Of a stretch of 64,000 nt of DNA, positions 13,615 through 28,045 are shown in pieces. The stretch lies in assembly GCA_964016885.1 (NCBI GenBank), contig OZ024752.1, positions 28,830,001-28,894,000 of the forward strand, in the 5' to 3' direction. The stretch is from Eledone cirrhosa (taxonomy: Eukaryota). The stretch's first letter is position 1. Each line of letters starts with the position of its first letter. Made by a program: the position numbers and the translations under genes. The notes beneath the pieces are model-generated. The model was not told the origin of the DNA, did no database searches, and was given only the letters and a program-made list of their open reading frames with translations.

Positions 13615-13890
13615 AGAAGAGTTCCAATTATTCGATCAGTGAAAGAGCCTGCTTCTGAAACTAATGTGTAAGTTGCTAATCATTTAACAGACACGGGTAC
13701 TTTGAATGTAATAATGGGGATGATTCAGTGCGTGACATGACTGGCCCTTTGAATTACACACGTATTCCGTCCAATGGGCTTCCAAACAGTTTCCATTTGC
13801 CGAATTACACTTGACCACTATGCCATGCAGTGGGATTGAATCCGGGACCTAGTGGTTGCGTACTGAACTCCTTAACCAATCGGCCATGCT
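13615..13890 (-). mobile_element. Old dispersed SINE-like repeat with tRNA-like head (related copies ~12305-12437 and ~16255-16592)
   Basis: Shared AAATTAATGTGTAA..GCT / TTCAG.GTGACA blocks; GTGGGATTGAA at the right end reads as a B-box on the minus strand. Confidence 0.55.
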
Positions 13891-14374
13891 GCGTCCATAT
13901 ACATGAAAATAAGCCATTGTGGTCAGCACTATTGTGTAACGCCTGCTATTATTTCTTTACCTAATTCTGCTTATTCACTCCTATATCTTGCTAAACCATT
14001 TAATACCCAATCACTGATGATTAATCTGAGACAAAAGAACAAACAACACATTGACTAATTTTATAGTATATTCTAACGAACAACCTGCTTTTGTTTCTTA
14101 ATGCTTCAATGAACCGGATTTTCTCGCTGCCTCATAAAACAGTGACAAAAGCTAAATAGATAATAAACACCATTACTATTTACACTGTGTGATTAAGAGA
14201 ACGGTTGATTTGGCGCGTAATGATTTAACAATATTCAGATTTCTGTAGCTTCTAAGTTCATTTTAGTTCATCACTTACTCTTCATTTGACTTCGTTTTCA
14301 TCAATCTGAGAGCAATATATTTTGTTACGCACACAGACACACACACACGCACACACACGCACACACACACACAT

Positions 14375-14413
<39 letters not shown>

Positions 14414-14475
14414 TTTATATATATATATACATATGTATATATATATATATATACATATGTGTATATATATATATA

Positions 14476-14509
<34 letters not shown>

Positions 14510-14510
14510 C

Positions 14511-14572
<62 letters not shown>

Positions 14573-14800
14573 GTGTATATATATATATATATATATATGC
14601 ATATGTGTATGTGTATATATATATATATGCATATGTGTATATATATATATATATATACATATGTGTGTATATATATATATATACATATGTGTGTATATAT
14701 ATATATATGTGTGTATATATATATGTGTGTGTGTGTGTATATATATATAAATTATTCAAAATATTAATAAATGAAGACATTCTCATAATCAAAATATATG

Positions 14801-14862
14801 TTTTATTATATATATTTCGAAGGTAGTGTGGTGTTTTTTCAGTACGTCCTCGTCAGATAAAA
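14801..14862 (-). ncRNA. Minimal type I hammerhead ribozyme
   Basis: TTTTAT-CTGACGA-ggacgtactg...cactaccttc-GAAA-tatata-TA-ATAAAA, in a ~230-bp island between (TA)n tracts. Confidence 0.72.
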
Positions 14863-14980
14863 TACATGAATTGATGTATGACATACCTCAACGGTGTTGA
14901 TGGTTCAATTCCAGTATTGGTAGTCAATCTATTGTAAAACTATATTCATTGAGTAATCAATGAACCATATTAATTTTTGG

Positions 14981-15059
<79 letters not shown>

Positions 15060-15157
15060 CAATTTAACAAGTTATCTGTCTCTAATACTTAAACATAAGT
15101 CCTTTATCGGAAGATAGAATGAGAGAGAAAGAAGAGAGGATGGTTTGGAGAAAAAGG

Positions 15158-15205
<48 letters not shown>

Positions 15206-15887
15206 CTGCATTTATCTACTGTACTCCAGTGTGTTGTAACTTAATCCTAGAATATATTTCTTGGTCTGAAAGATTTTAATATATTTATAAATCTGTTGTA
15301 TAATTTTTCTCTCTAAAATTAAACGATATTGGAAACGAAATGGATATGAATTTGAATAAAATTTCACTTTAAACCAAGAGATTTAATTTAAAAGGCTCGA
15401 TCTAATAAATGTGAGCACTGTTAAGAGTTTGGACATTGATGATTGTGAATAGAGGTAAAGAGAAATGTAATATATTATATTCAAGAAATAATTGTTTCTA
15501 CTTTAGGCACAAGGCCAGCAATTACCCAGTGCATTACTGGTACTTTATTTTATCGACCCCGTAAGGATGAAAGGCAAAGTCAACCTAGGCGGGATTTGTA
15601 CTCAGACCGTAAAGGGACGTAACTATGCTGGAAAGCATGGCGTCCGACCCTCTACTGATACTGCCAATCGACCGCCCTATATTCAAGAAATAATGAACAG
15701 TGGTTACTCATAGGGTTACTCCCTTGATAATGGCTTTTTAAACCCGAAAATATTTGAGATCGTTAAATTTGCTAAAGTATGATTCTTTTGTTATCTTGGC
15801 AATTTAACATTCTTCATAACGCATTGATTTGGTCTTCAAAATTTTAATTTGTGTTTCCTATTAAACAATGCATCAAGCAAGCTACAA

Positions 15888-16020
<133 letters not shown>

Positions 16021-16918
16021 AATGATGATTAACACGGATAAGCGATACAATTCAAATATAAACTTAATGAAAATACATTTCGATGAAAATATAAAATAAA
16101 AAGTCGGGAAGGAACTTTGTCTTTTAAAATACATGAATGTTGGAATATATGAATGTTGGAATATGTGAATGTTGGAATATGTGAATGCGTTGTTTCTTAA
16201 ATGTACGATTGTAAATTTATATATTTATTTGAACAACAGAAATGGGCTACCGTCGGGTTCGATGATGAGTGAGTGTAACAGTTGTTCGAATAACTGGACA
16301 ACTTGATCATGAAATTAATGTGTAAATGGCTGAGTATTCCACAGACACGTGTAACCTTAACGTCATTCTCAGAAAAGTTCAGGGTGACACAATATGTGAC
16401 AAGATTGACCCTTTGAAAAACGGGTACAGTCTATCCGGTGGTCTTCCAAACAATTTCAATTCATTCTATTTTACTCTCAAGGCATGGGTGGATCCGAGGC
16501 CATCGTTGATGTCATTTACCTAAGATGTCATGTAGTGGGATTGAACCCAGTGTTTAATGATTGTCAAGCGAACTTTTAACCGTTCAACCATGCTTTTCTA
16601 CAATTTAAGCAAGCAGACTTTAGTTGGAGTCTTTTGATTTGCTGAACAAATGAAACCTAATAATTTAAGACGAAATTTTATTTTCGAAGAATATGCGCTG
16701 GAAAATTGTCAAGGAAGGAGTTTGAATAGAATGGCGAAATGGTAAATTTTAGAATATAAAGCGAGTTATAACTAAAGCAGAAATAGTTTGAACCAACTTC
16801 AAAAACGATTGCATACTGCTCTTCAATTACCATGGTATTGCGTATATGCATATATGAATGTATGTGTGTTTGTGTGTACCTATCTATTTTTATCTCATTA
16901 TATATATATATATGTATA

Positions 16919-16988
<70 letters not shown>

Positions 16989-17095
16989 GGAGTGTTATAT
17001 ATATATTATATATATTATATTATATATATTATATATATATTATATATATATTTACACACACGCGTGCACCCACGCACTGTGTTTATATATATTAT

Positions 17096-17139
<44 letters not shown>

Positions 17140-17168
17140 TTTGTGTGCGTGTGTAAGTATATATATGA

Positions 17169-17200
<32 letters not shown>

Positions 17201-17223
17201 GAATATATATATATGAATATTTG

Positions 17224-17265
<42 letters not shown>

Positions 17266-17272
17266 GAACATA

Positions 17273-17323
<51 letters not shown>

Positions 17324-17327
17324 CATA

Positions 17328-17362
<35 letters not shown>

Positions 17363-17405
17363 TATATATATTCATATATATATATCATATATTCATATAT
17401 ATATA

Positions 17406-17476
<71 letters not shown>

Positions 17477-17503
17477 TATATGATATATATATATATGAAT
17501 ATA

Positions 17504-17566
<63 letters not shown>

Positions 17567-18139
17567 TATATGATATATATATATATATATATATAAATAT
17601 ATGATATATATATATATATGAATATATGATATATATATATGAATATATGATATATATGTGTGTGTACGTATATATATATATGTGTGTGTGTTTTTGTGTG
17701 TGTGTGTATGCGTGCATCTGGGTACGTGTGTGGGAGGGAGCTCGCATACATACTTATGTAGCAGGAAGAATGATTTACAAAAGAGTTGGGTAATTACATC
17801 TCGGATATAATGGACAAAATTAATTAAATTACTTTAAATTTATCATCAATAATCAAATGAAGCATGGCTTCACCACTTTTATCGAAGCCAAATCGGAAAA
17901 TAAATTTCGTCTGTCTGTATATCAAAGCTACACTTGGTTAGTTATTCATCTTGTCATTCATATGTTTAGAATTTAAACCCTCAGGTTATTAGTTATGTTA
18001 CACTAATCTACATTAGATAGATAAATGGAGAGAACGATATGGATAGATAGATAGATAGGTAGGTAGGTAGGTAGGTAGGTATGTAGGTAGGTAGGTAGGT
18101 AGGAAGGTCGGTAGGTAGGTAGGTAAGTAGGTAGGTAGA

Positions 18140-21100
18140 TATCTTTCTTTATTTGCCACAGAGGCGTACAAAAATGGGACATTACAAGACGTGACGGCGG
18201 GGTGTTTACATAAAATATTTAACAATGATAAATAACAATAAACTATATAAAAATAAAACAATTGAAATCCCCATTAGTGGGGAGGGGGTAAAGCTACTGC
18301 GAGGTTGGTTTACAACCCGTGGATAGAACAACCCTCAACACCAGGAACACGTTTTGAAGGTGTTTCAGTCTTCCCTCTGTTTATCTTCCTCAACCTACAG
18401 GTTTATATACAGAGAAGGCCCATTCGCCACATTCACCCACCTTTCAGCGAATTTACCGGGGTGTAGCACCTCTCTCTCCACTCTCACCTTCTTTCTGAAG
18501 TGGTACTTAAAGAAGGGGATGAGTTGTTGTTCGGAGAGAAAGGTGCTTGCCCTCAGTCCTTTTAACCTCGTCCACCATATTACATCTTTCGCCATAGCCA
18601 CCAGACAGAGGAAGACCGCCTCTCCTTCATTCTTAAATGAAAGCGGCGTGGTGATCCTCAAAATGGACTCAGGTGACAACTGGATGCGTCCCACACGTGA
18701 CAGTAGCTGTTCGACATAATTCCACAGGTCGGTCACCCCTGGGCACTGAAAAATTGCGCGCAGAACGGTTTCGATGTCCTGCTCGCATCTTGGACAGGTC
18801 CTTTTGGCAGGATCTCTGCCAGAGCGTCCGTGCCTGTAGATTTTGTCTCGAACTGGTAGAGCTCCTCGGTAGCACTGCCAGGCCAGAGACCTCTGGAAGT
18901 TATCCATAGGCCCTGGACGGAAAGTCCTCCCAAACAGACTGGTCAGTTCGTCTTCCTCGATGCCTAGAGTTTCCTCGAGAACGTCGTCGCACTTATCCTC
19001 CACTAATCCCCTATAGAATGTCGAAGTGGAGTCTCCGCTGATTGCCATTTCCGTTTGGTAGAGGGATGTGAGCGCTTGACGGCACTCGAGGTGCCAGGCG
19101 CCCATTTTCGGTCTTCGCTTGACCCAGGACTGCAGCTCTGTTAGTGACACGAGTCGTGGAAGAACTCGTCTCACAAACGACAGCCACACCGGTTCACCAG
19201 TCAGGAATACCTGGAGATGGCGTAGCCTCAGCGTGTGTTTGCACATCATCAGCCACGGCATGCCCAGCCCTCCGTTAGAAGGGTGTTGACAGCAGATGGA
19301 TCTCCTCATCAATGGACCCTGTATCTTCCAGAGGAACTTGAAGAGTAGGCGTTCCATTTTGGTGAGGTATTCGCGGGGACAAGGCACGACTGTTAAGCGG
19401 TCGTAGATGACGGACGCTATGTAAGTGTTTGCCACCTCCGCTCGACCTTTCAATGAGAGTTTTCACTCGGCCCACTTCTGGGTGAGTGCAACCACCTTCG
19501 CCGTGACCTCGTTCCAGTTCTTGTCCACCTGGAGGTCTAGACCAAACCAGACCCCGAGCAATTTCACCGGTCCTTCCGTCCAGCGTCCAACGACATTGTC
19601 GGAAGGCATGGGTTTGCCTCTTCATGTGCCGAGTTGCAAACCGACAGACTTGTTTGGGTTTAGTCTTGCTCCTGTCAACGTTTCGTATTCCTGTAATAGG
19701 TTGCCGATTACCCCGATGTCCGAGGTTTTCGACACCATTACGGTTATGTCGTCGGCATAGGCCGACGCTTCTTTCTGCAGTTCTGGTTTGATCGGGATGC
19801 ACTGCAACAGCTCCAAATTCCGCAGTCAATACATACAGAATGGAGGAGAGAGGACACCCCTGACGGATGGAACGCATGATTTGGAATGGCTCCGATAGGT
19901 AGCCATTCACCTTGACTGCCGAGCAGATGCTGGTGTGCATGGCAACGATCCAGCTTCTGAAGACGGGACCGATGCCGGCCGCCTTGAGAACCGCTTCCAA
20001 GTATTGATGGTCGACCCTATCAAATGCCTTAGACTGATCTAAATTGGTCAGAGCTCCACTAAAGCCTGGTTTACACCCTACCCTCTCTATGATGTATCGC
20101 ATGGGGTGGAGGTTGTCGTGTATGGACCTGGTCGGGATTGCACACGTTTGCGCTTCCCCTACCACGTTCTCGACGACAAGCGCCAGCCTCGCTGCTAACA
20201 CCTTGGCAAAAATCTTTAACTCTATGTTGAGCAGAGTTATGGGACTGAAATGGCTTATCTCATCCCCCTTGTTCTCATCTTTCCTGATCAGCGTTACTAC
20301 GCCTCTGCCTACAGAACTAGGAATCCTCCCGTTCTGCTGCCAGTTGCAGTAGACCGCTTCGAGGACGCCAGAGAACAACTCTGGCATGCCTATGTAAAAC
20401 TCATAGGGGAGGCCATCTAAACCGGGTAATTTGCGTTTCCCGCAGCGGCCTAGGGTATCTTCTATTTCGCCCGCTGTGATCGGCCTTTCGCAGCTCTCTG
20501 CATTCGTGCTCGAGAGTCGTGGTACGCCGTCGAGGTAGGAGTTGAAGGCCGTGCATATCTGCTTGGATTCAAGTAGAATGCGTCCATCTTTGTCTTGCAA
20601 AGACCGAATTCTGGATTTGTAGCCACTTTTCGCCTCTGCCACTCGGGCCCAGCTAACAGCTTTGGCTCCCTCGTTTCTTAGAGCACGTGTTCTACTTCTG
20701 ACAATACAACCTTCGTGTTTCACGTTGAAGAACTGGTCCAGTGCCGTTTCCGCCGCTAGTACGTCAGCTGCACTGCCATTCCTAAGTGCGTCTTCTACTT
20801 TAGTTACCAGTTCCTTTTCTGTTTTGTTTTTTTCTAAAACTACTTCCTTGCTAAATGCTATCGATTCTATTCTAATTGCTCTCTTGAGAGAGCTCCACCA
20901 CCTGTTGTTGACGATCGCCCCCGTCAACTGGCACTTAACTAAGGTGCTAATCCGTTTACTGTAGGCCTTACGCGCCGGAAGCGACATGTTTAGCTTCCAG
21001 TATATGTTCTATCTAAGTATTCTATCAAGGTTGACTACGCAGGTGACTAATTTGTGGTCTGAATAGGCAACCATGTGCATTTGTGGACAGCTTAATGTTT

Positions 21101-21657
21101 CCTTATCATTCTGTCTAATTAAAAATCTATCTAAATACGATCTAGAAGACCCATTGCGGCTGCTCCACGTCCACAGTGGTACACTTTGGAAGTCTAGTCG
21201 ATATCTATCAGCCAGTTGGAATTGGCTGATGAGATTGTTTATGCTATTACACCCCACTCTATTATCACAAGCTCCTACATAGTCCTAACGTGCATCTAAG
21301 ATGCCATTCCAGTCCCACGCTAAGGAGTGAGACGTTCCCAGGAATGGCTCCAGACGCTTGAAGAACTCTGGTCGCGATGTCCTAATCGAGGCATATACGG
21401 CCACCAGTCTGAAAGCTCCACCTTCACTACCATTCACGTCCATGACCACCAAGCTTCCCTCCGGGTCCATATGAATCGTCTGTGCTTTGAGATCCAAGTT
21501 TTTTTTAAACAGAACAGCAACTCCCCCTCCACCTCCTGGCTGGCAGAGAAATGCGTAGATCTCAAAGTCATCGAACATGGGGGTTAACTGCTGCTTGTCG
21601 TGAATCCTGGACTCGGTGATGACTATCACATCTACAGTATACAATGCGACCTGAGAT
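18140..21657 (-). mobile_element. Degenerate L1/Tx1-type LINE ORF2 (APE endonuclease + RT + C-terminal Cys motif), 5'-truncated
   Basis: Frameshifted ORFs 21285-21644 and 21009-21257 (APE: SYLDRF, SDH), 19275-20987 (PGLDGLPYEFY, LDQSKAFDRVDH, RQGCPLS), 19622-19816 (YADD), 18395-19453 (GGLG, CPRC); (TAGG)n on both sides. Confidence 0.9.
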
Positions 21658-21667
21658 CATTTAAAAG

Positions 21668-22213
21668 CTAGGTAGCTAGATAGATAGGTAGGTAGATAGG
21701 TGGGTAGGTAGGTAGGTAGGTGGGTAGGTAGCTAGATAGATAGGTAGGTAGATAGGTGGGTAGGTAGGTAGGTAGGTAGGTAGGTAGGTAGGTAGGTAGG
21801 TAGGTAGGTAGGTAGGTAGGTGGGTAGGTTGGTAGGTAGGTACGTATGTATGTAGGTAGGTAGGTAGGTAGGTAGGTAGGTAGGTAGGTAGGTAGGTAGG
21901 TAGGTAGGTAGGTAGGTAGGTAGGTAGGTAGGTAGGTAGGTAAGTAGGTAGGTACATAGGTAGGTAGGTAGGTTGGTAGGTAGGTAGGTAGGTAGGTAGG
22001 TAGGTAGGTAGGTAGGTATGTAGGTAGGTAGGTAGGTAGGTAGGTAGGTAGGTAGGTATGTAGGTAGGTAGGTAGGTAGGTAGGTAGGTAGGTAGGTAGG
22101 TAGGTAGGTAGGTAGGTAGGTAGGTAGGTACATAGGTAGGTAGGTAGGTAGGTAGGTAGGTAGGTAGGTAGGTAGGTAGGTAGGAGGGTAGGTAGGTAGG
22201 TAGGTAGGTAGGT
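21668..22213. repeat. (TAGG)n tetranucleotide array (shorter array at 18051-18138)
   Basis: Seen directly in the sequence. Confidence 0.95.
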
Positions 22214-23566
22214 AATGTATGTGTTAATGTATATGTGTGTGTACGTGCGTGTATATATGTGTGTACGTGCGTGTGTATGTATGTGTGGTATGATTACTAA
22301 TAGGACAGGGTTACTGCTGTATTTGACGATGGCCCCAGATGTATTAAAGTTTGGTGTCTGGTGTGGGTATGGATAATCCTGTCTTACTATTCGTGTGTCT
22401 TGCATACATGCATGGGGGAGTCATAGGGGCGCTGTATTGGCATGTGGCGTTTCTTAAAGCATTTTGAAACCTGGCGGGGCCCCATCTCCTTTCCAAGTCT
22501 GAATACAGAAGATTTCTTTGAGAAAAGAATAGACAGTGAAAGAATGGAAGTTAGAAAGAAATACAGAGGAATAATCGACCCCAGTATTAGACTGGTACGT
22601 TTATATCGACCTCGAATGGATGAAAGGCAAAGTTGATCTCGGCGGGATTTGAACTGAGACAGAGCAGAGAACCGAATCGAATATCACAAATGATTCTATC
22701 CGACGTTCTAACGACTACCAATTCGCCGCCTTATCTGTAAGAAGTAGTAACGCCATAAAATGAAGTGTAATTGTATATCTTGTTGCTCTAAGTTAAATTT
22801 CTTCAGGCGCTGAAGCTACCTGTTATACGCCAACGTTATTCAGGAAGAGAATTCCTTCTTATACACTTAACGGTGATAAGCATTAGCAAGTTTGCCAACA
22901 TATATTGCAAATAACTGCAGTCTCTCAACCTAACACTGATACATCCTCCTCAACATACATTTTACACATTTCTTTAAAAGAAACAAATAAGAATGTATTA
23001 CCCACTTACAGTGTGAACATTTGGATCTGGGTTATTTTTGCATATTTCAGAATAAAATAGAATAAAATAAAATAAAACTAACACTAATAACGGTATAAAG
23101 TATTTTTTCCTGGTGTGCATTCACGTCATTTTCATTCTCTGCAGATTACTAATCAAAGAAGATGATAGCAAGAACATAAATGGATTAACCAGATTTCCTA
23201 CTTTCAATATGCTATGTTTCCAAGAGAATCAGAACCAATATTATGGAAATATTCTCTTGAACAGTAGCTCAGCTTTCTTAAGAAGATTAGCTACTTACAC
23301 ATACACTCCCGCATCTACATACAAACACACACAAAGATACGCACACACACACACACATATATATACATACACATGTACATACAAACATACGAACACACAC
23401 ACACATACATACACACATACACTCTCACATGTACACACAAACACACACAAAGATACGCACACACACATATATATATATATAAATATATATATATATACAT
23501 ACACATACACATGTACATACAAACACACACAAACATACGCACATACACACATACACACACACACAC

Positions 23567-23601
<35 letters not shown>

Positions 23602-24179
23602 TGCACACATACACTCCCACGTGTACATACAAACACACACAAACATACACACACACACACACACAGGCGCATACACAATCACTTAACTACATGCACATGC
23701 TCACACACACAGGCACACACTGACGCTTTCCTACGCACTCGCATACATACACAGACATACACAAACACACACAAACACACACAAACACATGTGCACACAC
23801 ACGCAGAAACACACTCACACACACACACACACACACTCGCTCGCACACACAATCATACACACATACGCCAACATATTGCATTCGTCATATTTTATCTATA
23901 AATCTTATAACATGTATTTCCTATGAGTTTTAACAATTTTCCGCCAGCATTTACTCAATTCCTTCGTCGGTTGAGGTCATAAGCACATTCTATATTAAAC
24001 ACATTTCTAAATATGTTTCACACAAAACAAATGAATCGTAGTATTTCCAATGCTTATAACTCAATAAATCAATAGATTCAGACTTATCAATTAAAACAAG
24101 CGTACTCAATCACTCAGACATCCACATATACAGACATACATAAACACACACGCACACACATATATATATATATATATAA

Positions 24180-24398
24180 AGGAACGATCGACTTTCGTCA
24201 AATCGGACCGAGGAAACAATGTTTCCGTTGGTCTTTCCAATTGCTAATACTATCTATCAGTCGCAACTCCAGGTAGAAGGAGCAACGTGAAATAAAGTGT
24301 CTTGCTCAAGGACATAACGCATCGCCTGGTCCAGGAATAGAACTCACAACCTCACGATTGCGAATCCAATTCTCTAACCACTCAGCTACACGCCTTCA
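24180..24398 (-). mobile_element. tRNA-derived SINE family 3 (plus-strand copy 31682-31900)
   Basis: Plus copy reads GTGGCTGAGTGG...GAGTTCGATTCCC then GTCCTTGAGCAAAACACTTTATTTCACGTTGCTCC; the two copies are highly similar reverse complements. Confidence 0.85.
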
Positions 24399-24681
24399 CT
24401 ATATATATAGGCTTAAAAATGGAATGAGAATAAGAAGAAAGCAAGAAGGGGGGGGTCCTCGTCAGTTGTCTACGGGGGGTCTCGGATATTTCATATATAT
24501 ATATAACAAAAGTAACGAAGATCGCTGGTATAAATACAGTGCTCTCCGGCCTGCGTCTAGCTCACTCAAGGAATCTGTCAAATTGCAGTTATGCTGTTGC
24601 AATCAACTGTTCAGAGTGCACACATTTAATTTACTGTAGACGGCTGGCTGTGTATTTTTAGAGATTGGTGTAAATATATCT

Positions 24682-24790
24682 TTCCTGGACGATCGTTTCT
24701 GTGTAATATATCTTTACAAATGCAGATTTTACCTCTGCGATGTTCAGAAATCACGTAAAATCAGCGGATATTTACACTCTTCAGCAGGAA
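24682..24790 (-). ncRNA. Type I HHR with long stem II and GUC cleavage triplet
   Basis: TTCCTG-CTGAAGA-GTGTAAATATC...GATTTTAC...GTAAAATC...GATATATTACAC-a-GAAA-CGATCG-TC-CAGGAA. Confidence 0.8.
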
Positions 24791-25000
24791 TTGCCCAACA
24801 GTATACGATAAATTATTTGCGATGTGAGCTAACCTTCACTACTGCATAAGCTATCTAGCAGTTCAGGCAGTACCCCCACTCCGCCTCTATTGAGAAGAGG
24901 AAGAATTTCTCGCAGATCATAACACGTGATTTTGGTAGTTGAATTCAAACAAAGGAATTCGTTTCCCCCAAAAAATATTTAAATATATGTGTGTGTGTGT

Positions 25001-25077
<77 letters not shown>

Positions 25078-25145
25078 CGCATAAATATGTGTTCGATAAT
25101 AGGGGATATAAAAGCAAGGGAATCATTGAGAGTTTTTAACTCGAC

Positions 25146-25189
<44 letters not shown>

Positions 25190-25191
<2 letters not shown>

Positions 25192-25382
25192 CGAAGGAAA
25201 TGTGGTAAGGAAGCAGATGGACCATAACGCACCAAAGTACTTAATACTTAGGGTAGTAGAGTGGGTGATAGGAACGAGTAGGACCCGACGGCTGAGCTCA
25301 AGCCGTTTCGACGGCTAATTCTTTCCAGAATTAGCCGTCGAAACGGCTTGAGCTCAGCCGTCGGGGTCCTACTCGTTCCTAT
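25190..25382 (-). mobile_element. Family B mini fold-back element
   Basis: Tail 25190-25267, then a ~55-bp-arm hairpin ATAGGAACGAG...AATTCT(ttcc)AGAATT...CTCGTTCCTAT; (TA)n on both sides. Confidence 0.85.
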
Positions 25383-26194
25383 ATATATATATTTAACTTG
25401 ACCTTTATATATATATATTTATTTAAAAGACAACATAAGGCCGAATTCCAAAGATTCTTTTATTGTTGCATAATAACAATACGTATTTCTATGGCCTGGT
25501 TACATCATCAAATCATGGCGTAAGACATTGGCGACGTCATCAACCACGAAATACCATATCTACGATATATGATTTGCAAAACGTTGAGTGCTTTAGTTAT
25601 TACATTATGATTTGCCAACCGGAATGACCAGATCTACCCATTAGTTAAGCCATCCAACATAAATGTTGTATATATATGAAATCTGTCGACAACAACTCTT
25701 TGAACAACTACACATGGATCCTCTCTTGATAATGGTTTATTTAAACCCTAAAATATTTGAGATATTTAAATTTGCTATGGGGAAATTCTATCGCCTCATT
25801 CTTTCCAGTACAGTATATGGAAGGAATATATTAGGTTAACGCTTGAAATAGCAGGAAGAGGGTCTTAATGTTCAGAAGAAAGAATGAGAAATAAGATAGA
25901 TTGAAGGGACGGGCGGGTAGGAATTGGAAAAAATGTTTTTAGATAAAAATAACAGGTCCATTCATGTTGATATATCTTGGGAAAACTGTTGATGCTGGTG
26001 TTTTGTGTATGATTTATTTATTTATATATATATATAGTAATTGTTTCTACTATTGGCACAAGGCCAGCAATGAGTCAGTACATTACTGGTACTTTATTTT
26101 ATCGACCCCGTAAGGATGAAAGGCAAAGTTAACCTCGGCGGGATTTGAACTAATAGTAATAATAATAAATTTGAAGACTAAAATCCAAAGAGGG

Positions 26195-26400
26195 CTCGAT
26201 AAGGATAAATATATATATCAAATATATAAGAACCCTAGAGAAAATATTTATTAAAATAAGTTTAAGCAAAGAATCGCTGCTTTCACCCTTAACGGGATCT
26301 TCTGAATCTGTGAACGCAGAAGTAAATATTTCGAAAAACGTTGCAACCGAAGGAAGACAGGAAGACGATACTTTGGTTCGTGGAAACGTTCCCTGGCAAA
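26195..26400. mobile_element. Rearranged fragments related to the Helitron at 35058-35841
   Basis: Shares GTTTAAGCAAAGAATCGCTGCTTTCACCCTTAACGGGATC and CAGGAAGACGATACTTTGGTTCGTG; 26195-26240 is the reverse complement of ~35091-35136. Confidence 0.6.
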
Positions 26401-27842
26401 GAACGGGAAAAAAACGAAGATAATACATCATTATTTGGAGCGATGAAAACAATTACACGCAAAGACAAAACCACGTTTATGGTATAAATGAAGTTGTAGA
26501 CTAATATTCTATTTAATGATTGTTTTTTTTGCTTTGTTTCGTTTTGTTTTGTTAAAATAATGTAATACAATAAAAAATAATGTAATACAATAAAAAATAA
26601 TGTAATACAATAAAAAAAAAAAAAACACCTTTCGTTTCTAGAGCTTTCTGAAACTGAAACAGAAGAGTTTTTTTCCAAGTGACCAGGGTCGCATGAAATT
26701 GAAACAGTGAATTTCCAAAGCGAAAGTAATTACTTTCATATATAAAGTGAAATTTTATTTTGAAAACGTGAAATTATTTACCATTTTCAAATAAATTGAA
26801 TTAATTTTTATTTGTCTCTCACACACTTTAAAGTATTCAGTGCAGAGCTGTCATTGTGGTAGTTTTATCCAATAAATATTTTTATTGTATTCGTAATTAC
26901 CGTGACCAAAGCTTATCTGTTAGCAATTCAAGTGTATTGAATATTAATAGAAGTTAGTTAGAACGACTAGCATCAAATACATGAGACGCAATTACTATTA
27001 TGCAAAACTATGGCCATGATGTAATCTCTTCCTCAGTAATTGATATAAACAATAATTTAAGGATATCAGATTTGTTTATTCGATTGTCATGAATAATGGA
27101 TTATATTTATGTATCTTTAGTATGGAAAGTATATATATATATATATATATCAAGTCACTACTGTAATAAATTTATCGTTTCCCTCTGATAAGCTGATATG
27201 CGCAAGTATGAAAGTTGTGCTCTTCCTGTCATTTTGTATGACTGTATAACAAACATGCAAACACAGAAAGTATAGTGACATAAACTGTCCACTGCAATTA
27301 ACTAAGGCAAATACGTGATATCAAATGGCAAGACAAATAGCGACACAAAGCAACACACAGAGACACATGCATACACACACATATTGGGTCGTAAGTATGG
27401 TTTTTTATAGAAAAAAACAAATGTCTACAAATTTCATACTTGACGACCCAAAATATATATATACACATACACACAGAGAGAAAGAGAGAGACAGACAAAC
27501 TGATATACACACGCATATTGTGTATGTATATATACATACATATGTATATATGGATATACTAGATTTCGATGTTGTCCTACGTTTTGACATTTTCTTTCTA
27601 CAAACATATCAGCATTTATTGAATGTTTCTTGGTTGCGCGAGTCTCTGGAGAAAACGTAGTGCTGATGTCAGTAGTTTATGCTCGATGTCAAATTCAGGA
27701 AAGGTTAGCTTAGAGATTAATGGGGCTATAGCGCTGTATCGTGTAATTGTAGTTGATATGCAACTCAATGTTTGGCGATAGACAGTCCAAATTCACTCCA
27801 AAGCCTTAAACAGATATATTACCATTATCATTAGATATTGTA

Positions 27843-28045
27843 GGGCGGTGGATTGGCAGTACCGGTAGAGGGTCGGAAGCCATGTTTTGCAACATAGAGT
27901 TACGCCCCTTTGTGATCTGAATTCAAATCCCGTCGAGGTTAACTTTGCCTTTCATCCTTACGGGCTCGATAAAATAAAGCACCAGTAACGTACTGGAGTC
28001 GATTTAATCGACTTTCCCCTTCTCCCAAATTACTGGTCTTGTGTC
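27843..28045 (+). mobile_element. tRNA-derived SINE family 1, near full-length copy
   Basis: A-box-like TGGCAGTACCGG, B-box-like GAATTCAAATCC, then the family core. Confidence 0.85.

Noticed and set aside
21668-22213. Interstitial telomere
   Set aside because: The unit is TAGG, not the TTAGGG expected for molluscs.
25473-25516. Minus-strand TTGATGA...GAAATACGTATT HHR-like motif
   Set aside because: Stem II is about 2 bp and stem I is G-U-rich; too weak to call.
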